Positions 47,496-56,855 of a stretch of 64,000 bases of DNA are shown here, piece by piece. Source of the stretch: an uncultured virus (IMG/VR IMGVR_UViG_3300011223_000002) (lineage: Duplodnaviria; Heunggongvirae; Uroviricota; Caudoviricetes); the IMG/VR virus record IMGVR_UViG_3300011223_000002, positions 124,001-188,000 of that record, one strand, 5' to 3'. Below the pieces are notes generated by a model, which did not search any database, was not told where the DNA came from, and worked only from the letters and a program-made list of their open reading frames with translations. The stretch's first letter is position 1, and each line of letters begins with the position of its first letter. Position numbers and translations under genes: made by a program.

Positions 47496-48956
47496 TTAGG
47501 CAAACGACTGAGCGTCATTCAGACCGCCGCTCGGATAACCCTGGCTGCCATAACTGCTTCCCCCGTAACTGTTGTCCGGGTAGACGCTGTGTGGCGACGC
47601 CTGTTGGATCGGGTACTGGTTGTTGTTGGGAATAACCCGCATGCCGTTCGGCAGCAGTACCGTACCGTCCTGCAGCATCTGCCCGCCCTGGAGCATGTTC
47701 TGGTTGTAGCCAGCACCGCCGCTGTAGTTCTGCTGGAGTTCCTGACGGTACATCAGGTTACCCAGACGCGAGCAGACGTAGATGACCGGAACGCCGTACG
47801 AGTTCACCGCGTGGTGGACAATGCGACCTTGAGCGTCGATCTCGAAGCGGATGTAACGATCACCTTGTTGCATCTGCGGTGGCGACGTATCGAACTGGTT
47901 ACCGCCAGGCTGTTGAGCGCTCGCCGGTTGAGTGTTGTAACGGCTGTTACCGGTTTGCTGCTGGTTTCCTTGGCTGTTGACCGAGAACAACCCACCCAGG
48001 TCGCTGCGGGAGTTCGCGTCGTTGGAGTAGTCCTCCTGGCTGCTGTGGCTGTTGTAGTCCATTTGAGGAACTTGGCGCCAGATGTCTGGCAGTTCTTCCA
48101 TGTAGTCTTGCCAGCTGAGGTCAATCGGGTACACACCAGCCTTATCGAAATCGATACGGAAGGTGTTTTGTACCTTGTTGATCTGGTCAGCCAGTTCGGC
48201 GTAGCAACCCAGGAAGGACGTCAGGCGTGCAGCGATCGGGGTAGTGGCTTCTACTTCGAAGTCACTTGGGTTGTTGACCGCTGGCAGGATGACCTGGAAC
48301 AGGTGAACGGCCAACTTCAGTGCACCGCGCGAAACGGTGTGGTTGTTCAGCTCGATGGTCTGGTTGTCAGCCTGACCTTCGGAGCGCGCCAGGCGGCGGA
48401 CCATTTCAGTGTAGAACGGGAACTCCGGACGGGTCTTGAAGTAGACCCGGTTGCCGGTGACCTTGCTGACACCACCACCTTTGCTGACCTTCAGGTAAAC
48501 GAAGCGGTTGTCCAGGCCGTTTTCTTCCACTTCGATGTGCATGCGCGCGAACAGGTTGTTCAGTTCGTCACGCTGGCCTCGTTTGGCGCCCTTGAGTGGT
48601 TCCAGCAGGTCGAGGGTTTTCTGACTCCAGGTCGACTTGGGTTTGGTACCCGCGATCTGGAACAGTGTGACCGGCAGCTTGCGGAACATGTCCAGCAGCT
48701 TCATGCAGGTCATGCGCCGAATCACCTTGAAGACTTCGGTCTCCTTCGAGGTGATGTTTTCACACGCGGGGTGGAAGAAGACCTTGTCGTTGCAGTTACT
48801 GTCCAATACTTCGGACAACGGCAGGTGCAACGTCATCCCGTCGATCTTGATAGGGAATTCCTGGCCGTCGATCACAAAGACAACCTGCCCGTTGTCCTTG
48901 ACTTCTGCACCCCAGGACAAGCACATCGCTTGGTACAACTTGTTCAGTTCATTCAT
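47496..48956 (-). CDS. Conserved nucleus-module protein (phiKZ gp70-like) with a Q/N/G/Y-rich tail
   Basis: FFHPACENITSKETEVF motif; position between the PicA-like gene and nvRNAP beta. Confidence 0.7.
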   Translation of the reverse strand: MNELNKLYQAMCLSWGAEVKDNGQVVFVIDGQEFPIKIDGMTLHLPLSEVLDSNCNDKVFFHPACENITSKETEVFKVIRRMTCMKLLDMFRKLPVTLFQIAGTKPKSTWSQKTLDLLEPLKGAKRGQRDELNNLFARMHIEVEENGLDNRFVYLKVSKGGGVSKVTGNRVYFKTRPEFPFYTEMVRRLARSEGQADNQTIELNNHTVSRGALKLAVHLFQVILPAVNNPSDFEVEATTPIAARLTSFLGCYAELADQINKVQNTFRIDFDKAGVYPIDLSWQDYMEELPDIWRQVPQMDYNSHSSQEDYSNDANSRSDLGGLFSVNSQGNQQQTGNSRYNTQPASAQQPGGNQFDTSPPQMQQGDRYIRFEIDAQGRIVHHAVNSYGVPVIYVCSRLGNLMYRQELQQNYSGGAGYNQNMLQGGQMLQDGTVLLPNGMRVIPNNNQYPIQQASPHSVYPDNSYGGSSYGSQGYPSGGLNDAQSFA

Positions 48957-48974
48957 TACCGGTTACCTTTACAG

Positions 48975-50408
48975 TTACTGGAAGTAGGCTTGCAGGTCGC
49001 TGAGGAAACCACGGGATTCTTGCAGCCCGTGTTCAGTGCCCGCGATGGCCGTACTGGTGTGGTTGATGTAGTAGGTGGCGTTCGAGAACACAACCGAGTC
49101 GCTGCCATCTTCATTGAAGGAGACCTCGACAATGGTCTCGCCGAAGATGTAGCACGAAACACCGATGTTGACGATTTTGCGGAGGTGCGGGTACGGCGAC
49201 GAATACTTCGCGAAGAAGTTGTCGATGATGCCTTGTTTGAAGCTTTCCACACGGTTGGCCACGAAGAGGTCGTCTTCGATCAGCGACATGGCCGAACCCG
49301 GTACAAAGACCACGCCTGCTTCGTTATCCACAGTACCGAAATCAGTGGCATTGTTAGACGCCGAGAATTCCAGCGAAGACAGGCCAGTGTTCAGCAGCAC
49401 ATGCACCGTGGTCATGGCGACTTCAGTAGCGATGGTTTCCGCGAGGCTGGCAGTGCCGTACTCACGCGTGGTGAGCATCGTGGTGTCTTCGGCGAAGTTC
49501 GTAACGTTCAGCATGTCGATGTTCAAGACATCAACGAACTCGCTGAAGACGTTGGCCACTTCACCGACCGAATAGCCCTGGAACCCGGCGAGGCTGAAAT
49601 TGCCGGAGTTGGCCATCATCGTCATGACGAAGGGGTTTTCAGTCACACCGATCTCGCCGATGCTTGGTGTGATGATACCGTCCGACAGGGCCATTTCCAA
49701 TGGTTGGTTCATGGCGCTATCAACCTTTGCCCGCACACCCAAGCGCAGCAACTCGCGCGCATAGTAATTCGGTGTGAGGTTTTGGGTCTTGGACATCATC
49801 ACGTTGTTGTTGAGGTCCGAACCGGCCACGCCCGAATAACCGGAGTAGCCGTCGTTGTCGGAGACCGCAAAGCCCATGGCCTCGTTACCAATGTCGATTG
49901 GACGAACAGCTTTGAGCGACTTTCTCAGGGTAGGGTCACCCATGAGGAACTGGTGAGAGGAGTCGATGGTCCGTTTGACTCGCGGCATCCCGAGGGTGTC
50001 CTGGGTATTACGGGTCTCCGTTGTCCAGCAGCGCACTGGCACCATCAAGGTGTCTTCCGACAAGCCTTCGTGACTGGAAGAACCACCGTGGAGGTAGAAC
50101 ACAACCACGAGGTTGTAGGCGTAGGACGCGTTGCTCTCGACCAGGAAGTCCATCATCCCGATACCCCGACGGACGTTGAAACCGTCTTCAACTTCCACGA
50201 AGCCTTGAGGACGAGCAATCACTTCGCCTGACTTGGCCGCGATCTGCGACAGGGTGCTCGGCATGATCCCGCCGCTCTCCATTTCTAACCGGAGACGGTC
50301 AATGTCCATGCTGTCCATGTTCAGTTTGTTGTGACGGTGAACATGCTGGTGGTTAGCGTTGCCGATACCAAAGAAAGCACGTTGCAGACTCAGATTTACT
50401 TCAGCCAT
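48975..50408 (-). CDS. picA: Phage-nucleus protein import factor PicA/Imp1 (phiKZ gp69-like)
   Basis: Assigned mainly by position directly after the gp68-like gene in the conserved block; 477 aa. Confidence 0.65.
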   Translation of the reverse strand: MAEVNLSLQRAFFGIGNANHQHVHRHNKLNMDSMDIDRLRLEMESGGIMPSTLSQIAAKSGEVIARPQGFVEVEDGFNVRRGIGMMDFLVESNASYAYNLVVVFYLHGGSSSHEGLSEDTLMVPVRCWTTETRNTQDTLGMPRVKRTIDSSHQFLMGDPTLRKSLKAVRPIDIGNEAMGFAVSDNDGYSGYSGVAGSDLNNNVMMSKTQNLTPNYYARELLRLGVRAKVDSAMNQPLEMALSDGIITPSIGEIGVTENPFVMTMMANSGNFSLAGFQGYSVGEVANVFSEFVDVLNIDMLNVTNFAEDTTMLTTREYGTASLAETIATEVAMTTVHVLLNTGLSSLEFSASNNATDFGTVDNEAGVVFVPGSAMSLIEDDLFVANRVESFKQGIIDNFFAKYSSPYPHLRKIVNIGVSCYIFGETIVEVSFNEDGSDSVVFSNATYYINHTSTAIAGTEHGLQESRGFLSDLQAYFQ

Positions 50409-50440
50409 GGTTCTCTACTCTAATTAGGGGGTGTAATGGA

Positions 50441-52009
50441 TTATGCTTCGCCGTTGACCTGACGGACCAACCGCATGAACTCTGTCTTAACTTCTAACTC
50501 AGCTTCAAGTTCAAACAAGGCGCCGCGTTGTACGCGGTCGTATACTTTTGGGTCGTCGAGGACGCCGTATTCCAAGTTTGAATGCCACTGCCCATTGCCA
50601 AACATATCAAGGAATTCAGTGGCGGTTTCGATGGCCTGATTGAACGATAGGCCTTCGTCATTACGGCTCTGGATTTCACAGATGCTTGAGAGGTACTCCT
50701 TCTCACTGGTGTTAAGTTTGAAACCGTCCGCCAAGGATCGAATACCCTCGGGGTTGTGGACTGCGCCTAGCACTGCGGGTAGGTACGAATACCCTTGCTC
50801 AGCCAGCCTGACTTGGCCCAACGCAATGGCCGCCATCAACTGGGTGTAATCACAAGCCCAGAAGATCATTGGCGGGACTGCATCGGCAAAGGTCAATTGC
50901 AACACTGTGACGATATGTGGATGCAACTCAAAGCCCCAGTCAGGAGAAAAGTTGTCGTAGACCTTTTCAACCAACTTGACGTCTTGAATGTTTAGTGCTT
51001 CTGATACATACTTGAAGCGGTCCACATGACGCTCTTGGTCCAACTCATCGAACAAACCTTGGCTAAAGAACTCGGCCGTCATGACCTCGTTGGTTTCCTT
51101 GGTTTCTTCGTTGACGTTGTAACGTTCCAGCAATGAACGTTTATCGTCATCCCCGCTGTCACGATCGTCCTTCTTGCGGAAGTTCTCCGCACCCGAATCC
51201 GCAGAACGCACAGCAGCGTTAACGGCGGTGGCCAGGTGCTTGCCTTCTTCAGTCTCAGGAATAACCGCACAGCAGAGCCGGCTGAACAGGGTGTTGAAGA
51301 GCGCACGCTCGACAAGGTATTCCGCACTTCCTACTGCATCGACCGGCAGGCGAGGACCTGCTTTGTTGAACGCGTAGTTGATGTAGAGGTTGAGTTTCTT
51401 CCACCCGGGCATGTGAATGAGGTGAGGGCTGTCTTTGATCAGACGACCGCACTCCAGCTCACTGACCCCCCGACCCATATCACGGTCGAACCGGTACAGC
51501 AACGAGAACAGGATAGGGTAGACAACCCGCACAACAAAGGTGGTCTTGACCAATTCCCGGTAGTCGTTTTCGGTGTAGGTCGTTTGCGATGGGTAATCGC
51601 CCTTGCTCGACGCGGCTACCAGGTCTGGCGGAACCTTGATGTAGTCGTTCGAATATTCGATAAAGGATGCCAACTTGCTCGTGTTGACCAAATCCCAAAT
51701 CTTGTTGAAATAGGGCTTGATCGCGGCGGCTTCGACCTGGTAGTTTTTGGCCACCGGGTTTTCACAGATGTTGTGGGCGCCTTCGAACAGGTTGAAGAGT
51801 TCTGTTTTCTGTTCGCTGGTAAAGGTCCGTTCGACGTAGTCGTTGAAATACGTGAACAGGTTCGGCTCTTCGAGATCGCGACCGATTTGTACTTTCTCTA
51901 AACGAATCGTACCCTCGCCATTGAACCGCAAAACCCTTTCGTTGTTGTTGATGGTGATGGACGAAATGGCTTTTCTTGATCTTCGTGTAACATCAATGCT
52001 GAAGGTCAT
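50441..52009 (-). CDS. Non-virion RNAP sigma-like subunit (phiKZ gp68-like)
   Basis: About 522 aa; QTTYTENDY and DDDKRSLLERY segments; preceded by an early promoter; synteny. Confidence 0.7.
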   Translation of the reverse strand: MTFSIDVTRRSRKAISSITINNNERVLRFNGEGTIRLEKVQIGRDLEEPNLFTYFNDYVERTFTSEQKTELFNLFEGAHNICENPVAKNYQVEAAAIKPYFNKIWDLVNTSKLASFIEYSNDYIKVPPDLVAASSKGDYPSQTTYTENDYRELVKTTFVVRVVYPILFSLLYRFDRDMGRGVSELECGRLIKDSPHLIHMPGWKKLNLYINYAFNKAGPRLPVDAVGSAEYLVERALFNTLFSRLCCAVIPETEEGKHLATAVNAAVRSADSGAENFRKKDDRDSGDDDKRSLLERYNVNEETKETNEVMTAEFFSQGLFDELDQERHVDRFKYVSEALNIQDVKLVEKVYDNFSPDWGFELHPHIVTVLQLTFADAVPPMIFWACDYTQLMAAIALGQVRLAEQGYSYLPAVLGAVHNPEGIRSLADGFKLNTSEKEYLSSICEIQSRNDEGLSFNQAIETATEFLDMFGNGQWHSNLEYGVLDDPKVYDRVQRGALFELEAELEVKTEFMRLVRQVNGEA

Positions 52010-52036
52010 GACACACTCCAATAGGTTAACACCTGA

Positions 52037-52052
52037 GTAATATAGGTTTGAG
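52037..52052 (-). promoter_or_regulatory. Early promoter motif
   Basis: CTCAAACCTATATTAC contains the exact TATATTAC core. Confidence 0.75.
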
Positions 52053-52076
52053 AATTTTTACCCAAGCAAAATAACG

Positions 52077-52101
52077 GCCAGGAGGGGGCTACCCTCCTGG
52101 C
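52077..52101 (-). terminator. Terminator hairpin
   Basis: GCCAGGAGGG/CCCTCCTGGC followed by CGTTATTTT on the minus strand. Confidence 0.7.
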
Positions 52102-52117
52102 GGTCTTGGAAAGGGTG

Positions 52118-52834
52118 TTACATGAACTCGTCCATGTCATCAACAGAGTCATTGCCGTAACCGGCGTTGCTGTTGTTGTTATTGCCACGGTTGCGATCGC
52201 CGTTGCTGTCGTTATCGCGCGGCTTCGGCGGCTCCCAACCTGCCATCTCCATGCGGTTGAGCAGGTCTTCATGGAAGGTCACCCAACCACGTGCCACCCA
52301 GCGGCTGATCATGCCGGAGTCTTCGACACGGTCGCCTGCTTCGTTCTTCACGTACACCGTGGTGAAGTTGGCGCCTTTGAAGATCAGCTGGGCTTTGTAA
52401 TCACCCTTGCTGTAGCCCAGGCCGACGACACCTTTGTCAGTACGCACGACGGTAAAGGTCGCCTGGGTGATCGGGTTTTCGCTGAGCTTGCTTTGGCCGC
52501 CGCTGAAGACGTACTGGCGCTTGGCGATCACGATCTGGGCGGTGCCAAAGTTCGGATCGGTGGCTGCTTCACGAACAGCGTTGAAGATGGCCGTACGGTC
52601 GGCATAGTTCAGCTCGACCTCTTTCGGGTTGACGCTGCCTTGACCGCCTTGGACGTAGACGCCGTCGTTGATCTTGAAGACGATGGTGCCGTTTTTCTTC
52701 TGCTGGAACATACCCTGAGCAGGGTACTTACCGCCTTGCAGCGGTTCCTTGGTGGCTGGATGCGGCTGACGATAGTCGTCCAGCAGGGTCTTCTTGCGCT
52801 GGTTGTTGTTACCTTGTTGGCGATCTTGGCTCAT
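52118..52834 (-). CDS. chmC: Nucleus-associated RNA-binding protein ChmC-like (phiKZ gp67-like)
   Basis: Lies immediately upstream of the gp68-like gene; Asn-rich termini (DRNRGNNNNSNAGYGND); acidic end; high-expression codon bias. Confidence 0.65.
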   Translation of the reverse strand: MSQDRQQGNNNQRKKTLLDDYRQPHPATKEPLQGGKYPAQGMFQQKKNGTIVFKINDGVYVQGGQGSVNPKEVELNYADRTAIFNAVREAATDPNFGTAQIVIAKRQYVFSGGQSKLSENPITQATFTVVRTDKGVVGLGYSKGDYKAQLIFKGANFTTVYVKNEAGDRVEDSGMISRWVARGWVTFHEDLLNRMEMAGWEPPKPRDNDSNGDRNRGNNNNSNAGYGNDSVDDMDEFM

Positions 52835-52889
52835 GATCATGCGTCCTGAATTTGAATTGCTCGTCAATAGGAATAAGCGTCCAGTGAAA

Positions 52890-53681
52890 TTAAAGCATTA
52901 ACAGCAAACCGGCCTTGTCGGCACTGTTGGGCATGCTGTTAATATTGACACGGATACGCCCAAGGGTTGTAGCTGATGTCCAAGAGAAATCCTTTGCTAG
53001 CTTTTTGACCAGCTCCTTGATCCCATGACTTGAAGATTTAAAGTGAGTCGAACGGTCCCCAAAGACCTGAATGGTGAGACGGTTAAAGGGCATGTAATAC
53101 AACTCGTCCCCGCCCGTCAGTTTGGTGTACCACTTGGTGAAGGGCTTTAACTTCCCCGTGTAAGATTCGATAAGTGTTAAACGACTCACACCGTCCACAC
53201 TGACCAAGTCGATGACATGGTGGGTCAGTACAATACCGCGACCCTGGTAATCTGGCAAACCCATGTCAGTTTTAATCAAGATCTTGCTATACTTAGCGTA
53301 CAGGTCTTTAGCCACTTCTTTGCTCAGCTTTTCCCAGCGGATCTGCTTTTCACCTTTCGGTTCTTTCAGGTCCGCTTTAGGGAAGCGTAGCTTGATCGTG
53401 GTGTACGTGGGGTAATAGACTTTCAACGACAACGGTTTGGTTTTACGCGCCTGCTCAATCCATTGAGCAATGATCTTTAAGTCACTGACCACGTCTTCAA
53501 ACAGCTGAGTTGCAGTCAGTGCTTCTTTCTCTTCCTTGGTCTCATAGGCGTCATGAGCATTCCGGATGAGGGTAAACAGGTTCAGCAGTACGGCATCAGA
53601 GTTGCGAATGGTCGAGGCTGCGTCCCCTTCAAACGCCAGGGACGTGCCAATCGACATCCCTAAAGCGCCAGTCGATCTCAT
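52890..53681 (-). CDS. Conserved protein (phiKZ gp66-like)
   Basis: MSIGTSLA, VLTHHVIDL and LIESYTGKLK..WYTKL motifs; coupled to the nuclease gene. Confidence 0.65.
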   Translation of the reverse strand: MRSTGALGMSIGTSLAFEGDAASTIRNSDAVLLNLFTLIRNAHDAYETKEEKEALTATQLFEDVVSDLKIIAQWIEQARKTKPLSLKVYYPTYTTIKLRFPKADLKEPKGEKQIRWEKLSKEVAKDLYAKYSKILIKTDMGLPDYQGRGIVLTHHVIDLVSVDGVSRLTLIESYTGKLKPFTKWYTKLTGGDELYYMPFNRLTIQVFGDRSTHFKSSSHGIKELVKKLAKDFSWTSATTLGRIRVNINSMPNSADKAGLLLML

Positions 53682-54793
53682 AAGAAGTCCTTCAATACAG
53701 TCTTGGCTTCATCATCCGGAATACCGTCTTTTTCTAAAGCGGCGGCAATTTCTTTAATCAATGAATCTGACAAATTATTAGGTGTAAGTTCACACCCCAC
53801 ATAGGGGTCTTGTTCATACACCTCTTCACCCACCAACATCTCTGCTGCTTTACTGTTATCTGCTTTGAATCCCAACATGGGGTATTCACGCTGAAACACA
53901 GCGATGATAGGGTTGACCACCAGGGCAGGACCGTCCATCAACCGCACCTGTGCATGGGGCGGAAGTTTCTTGTCCTTAATAAACTGGTGCAGATTTTCTA
54001 CCAATTCCTCGGGTGTAATGCCATCTTTGACCCGCATGGTCACATACGGCAACGCCCGTTTGTTTTCCCAAAAGGTGGCGGTCGATGTTTCTTTCTTTAG
54101 ATCAATGTCTACAACGTAACCGCCTTTCGGGTGTTCTTGTCCATGCCCGGTTCGATCAAACGAGCCGGAGCAGCGGATCTTTCCACGTTCAACCGGTACG
54201 TGGATGTGTCCCGAAAGGATGTAGTACTTAACGATCGATTCCCAGCGCTCAGGGTTGTGCGTTTTGTGGCGTACCTGTGGCGGTAACTGGAAATCGAACC
54301 CGCTGTGAAACGCAATGATGTCAACTTGTTCAAGCTTGTGTTCCCTGAGTAACTCCAGGGCTCTTTCCCAGACTTCGTCCGTGGTCATAGGACCCAGGTT
54401 GTCAGGGACACACAACACAGACAGGTTATCCAGCTCAGGGTAGAACTGGATACTGATCGTATCGACGTAACGGAAATCCATCCCCTCGGGCGCCAGCGAA
54501 ACCCAAGCTGCAGGTTGGCCGCGGTCGTGGGAGTGGGTTCCCTCTAATAACAGTACAGCGGTGTTTGCTTTATGTGCCGCTTTTAAAAACTTGCTGCCCC
54601 AGTCAATGACACTTAACCAGTCCTTATTCGGCGCTTCAACAATGCGCTCCGTAAGGTCACCCCCAAACATCGCCAATTGAACTTTGGACAAGTCATGCTC
54701 ACGCATGTAAAACGTGGTCATGTTGTTGAGGATGTGCCACGTCGGTGTAGTGGTATCCAACGTATGGTGATCAGAACTCCAAAGTATACGCAT
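53678..54793 (-). CDS. SbcD/Mre11-like metallophosphoesterase nuclease (phiKZ gp65-like)
   Basis: SDHH, GGD, EGTHSHD, FHSG, SGHIH and SGSFDR motifs. Confidence 0.85.
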   Translation of the reverse strand: MRILWSSDHHTLDTTTPTWHILNNMTTFYMREHDLSKVQLAMFGGDLTERIVEAPNKDWLSVIDWGSKFLKAAHKANTAVLLLEGTHSHDRGQPAAWVSLAPEGMDFRYVDTISIQFYPELDNLSVLCVPDNLGPMTTDEVWERALELLREHKLEQVDIIAFHSGFDFQLPPQVRHKTHNPERWESIVKYYILSGHIHVPVERGKIRCSGSFDRTGHGQEHPKGGYVVDIDLKKETSTATFWENKRALPYVTMRVKDGITPEELVENLHQFIKDKKLPPHAQVRLMDGPALVVNPIIAVFQREYPMLGFKADNSKAAEMLVGEEVYEQDPYVGCELTPNNLSDSLIKEIAAALEKDGIPDDEAKTVLKDFL

Positions 54794-54808
54794 AATCGCC
54801 CCTAGTGG

Positions 54809-55639
54809 TTAGCACGACAGGGGATCAATGTCTCCTTCGTTTTCTTCATTTGCAGCTGCGGCTGCAGCAGCGGCTTCTTCTTCCCGAAGGGTAATGAGCT
54901 TACCGTCCAGGATATACGTTTGCAGGCTCAGTTCATAAACGAAGAAGTACTCGTCGTTACTGACCTTTTCACGCATGTGGTCACGGAACAAGATATCACG
55001 CGCCTTATTCAGGTCTTCGATATCTGTGGTAACCTTTCGTCCTTTACGCACAACATCCCGGATATAATAGAGTTGTTGTTCGACTTCAGGGACGATCTTG
55101 TACTTCGCAAAGAACGACGGGGTGATCAAGTCCGAGTAACGCACTTGCTTTGCCTGAATCCCCAGTTTCTCATCCACCAGCATTTTTGCAATGCCGTAGT
55201 TCGCGGTGAGATCCTTCTTCTTCATCGTATCTTCGTTGTTCGCGTGGATACGAACCGAGGCATCGCGCAACTTTTGGAAGTCTTCGGGCGACAACAGGTT
55301 CGTGATCAGAGGCGGTACAATAAGGCTCGGCTCGAACGTGCCTTCCTCATTGACATTACCCACCAACACAGACCGGACACCGTTCTCAGTGAACTTGCCC
55401 CACTCGGGCAGATTGAAGTAGTTCACCCCAATGGTGTTACCCAGGGCAAACCGCAACAACCAGTCTCTGACGAACTCGGTCTCCAGCATGACTTTACTGA
55501 CGTTGAATGGCAGGTCGCCATTGTCGAGTTTGCTGCCGAGCGCAGGGCGGCCGTCGATGACGGTAACCTTTAACTCGTCCAACCAACCAAAGTCATTACT
55601 CAACTGCTCCTCGATACGCTGTGCGTGGATGTCGCTCAT
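54809..55639 (-). CDS. Conserved protein (phiKZ gp62-like)
   Basis: 276 aa; synteny; poly-Ala/acidic tail. Confidence 0.55.
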   Translation of the reverse strand: MSDIHAQRIEEQLSNDFGWLDELKVTVIDGRPALGSKLDNGDLPFNVSKVMLETEFVRDWLLRFALGNTIGVNYFNLPEWGKFTENGVRSVLVGNVNEEGTFEPSLIVPPLITNLLSPEDFQKLRDASVRIHANNEDTMKKKDLTANYGIAKMLVDEKLGIQAKQVRYSDLITPSFFAKYKIVPEVEQQLYYIRDVVRKGRKVTTDIEDLNKARDILFRDHMREKVSNDEYFFVYELSLQTYILDGKLITLREEEAAAAAAAANEENEGDIDPLSC

Positions 55640-56049
55640 TTCTTCAAACGCTCCATATCTAGTACTTTATAAAGTTCGCCAGTCGCTAAAATCGTTTGTG
55701 CAATGTCGTAACGCTCCCCGTTGACAGTTACACGTGCGGCTAACACGAGCTTGTAATTATAACGTTGGTCAGTAAGATTTTGTGACTCTACGTAAACTTC
55801 TACGTCGTTAAAAAGCTCGTTCAAATAAGCTTTAAATGCAGTCTTGGTTTGTTCCACCATCTTCTCAGGCTGGTGTGAATATTCCATGAACAGGGTATGC
55901 CAGTTCGGCACGGCAGAAACCACCTTGCCTTGGTTCTCACGCGCCGCAAACCAGTACGTGATGTGGCGGCTTATGGCGGTCTCGACGGATTGGGTTTCCC
56001 ATCCCACCGCTGTATCTAATGTTCCGACGATAAATCGGGCGGTTGTCAT
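55636..56049 (-). CDS. Conserved protein (phiKZ gp61-like)
   Basis: VGTLDTAVGW N-terminus; synteny. Confidence 0.55.
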   Translation of the reverse strand: MTTARFIVGTLDTAVGWETQSVETAISRHITYWFAARENQGKVVSAVPNWHTLFMEYSHQPEKMVEQTKTAFKAYLNELFNDVEVYVESQNLTDQRYNYKLVLAARVTVNGERYDIAQTILATGELYKVLDMERLKK

Positions 56050-56109
56050 AAATCACCTTATAATGAAAAGTCCTCTATAGATTATAAAGTGCAAAAAAAA
56101 ATAAGAAGA

Positions 56110-56139
56110 TAATCCAGGTGGGGCGACCCACCTGGATTA
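56110..56139 (-). terminator. Terminator hairpin
   Basis: 13-bp stem with a 4-nt loop; T9 tract downstream on the minus strand. Confidence 0.75.
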
Positions 56140-56149
56140 CTTCGGAGTG

Positions 56150-56815
56150 TTAACCGAAAGGTTGTTCCGGTTTGACTTGTTCTTCTTCAGAAGGGGTGTA
56201 AGACTTGCGATACCCCCCTGTGCTGCTGGTCAAGTCGAACATTGTGGTGGTCAAGTGATGAACCGCCGCGGCTCGCGTCTTACCCCAATCCACACGTTCG
56301 CGGAAGGTCAATGCCCCCGCCAGGGAGTCATGGTAGTGACTGTGACTGAGCTGCGGTTTCTCATCCACCATCTTCAGATCCAGCACACCATTCATTGCAC
56401 GCCGATACAACAAGTTCTCAGCACCGACCCCTTTACAGAAGTGGCTGAACTCGCCGCCGTAGCCATCCAGCTCACCCGCTTCATACAAGGTCATGACTTC
56501 TGGGATCGCCATGATCATGTCCCGCATAACGCCGTCGGCACGTTGCTGCGCTTCCAAGCTACCGAGGTAGCCAATGGAGAACCGTGACACGTACTCACCG
56601 TCCTCCTTGTTGAGCAAGCGTTTACCCATTTCCCATGCACGTGATGAAACAAAATCAGTGAATGAGTCGAGGGTCTTCTTGGCCTGATCACCCAACCACC
56701 CTCCAGCGTTCTGTAAGAGCGCTGTGGTGCTGCCGACGTAGTTGGCATAGGCAGACAACGACTGGTCGCTGTGACTGCCTGAAATCGCGTAACTGAACGC
56801 GTTAGCGCTTTTCAT
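56150..56815 (-). CDS. Conserved protein (phiKZ gp59-like, candidate import cofactor)
   Basis: Directly downstream of nvRNAP beta'; MRDMIMAIP..LDGY..YRRAMNG..DLTS pattern; synteny. Confidence 0.55.
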   Translation of the reverse strand: MKSANAFSYAISGSHSDQSLSAYANYVGSTTALLQNAGGWLGDQAKKTLDSFTDFVSSRAWEMGKRLLNKEDGEYVSRFSIGYLGSLEAQQRADGVMRDMIMAIPEVMTLYEAGELDGYGGEFSHFCKGVGAENLLYRRAMNGVLDLKMVDEKPQLSHSHYHDSLAGALTFRERVDWGKTRAAAVHHLTTTMFDLTSSTGGYRKSYTPSEEEQVKPEQPFG

Positions 56816-56855
56816 TGATCTGCCCTCGTTTCAATGCCGAATCCTCTTTCTGTAT

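Noticed and set aside
47589..50231. 880-aa + strand ORF
   Set aside because: Antisense shadow of two real minus-strand genes, arising from codon bias; no motifs or SD.
54852..54875. Poly-Ala codon repeat
   Set aside because: Short low-complexity linker with mixed codons; no sign of a contingency locus.
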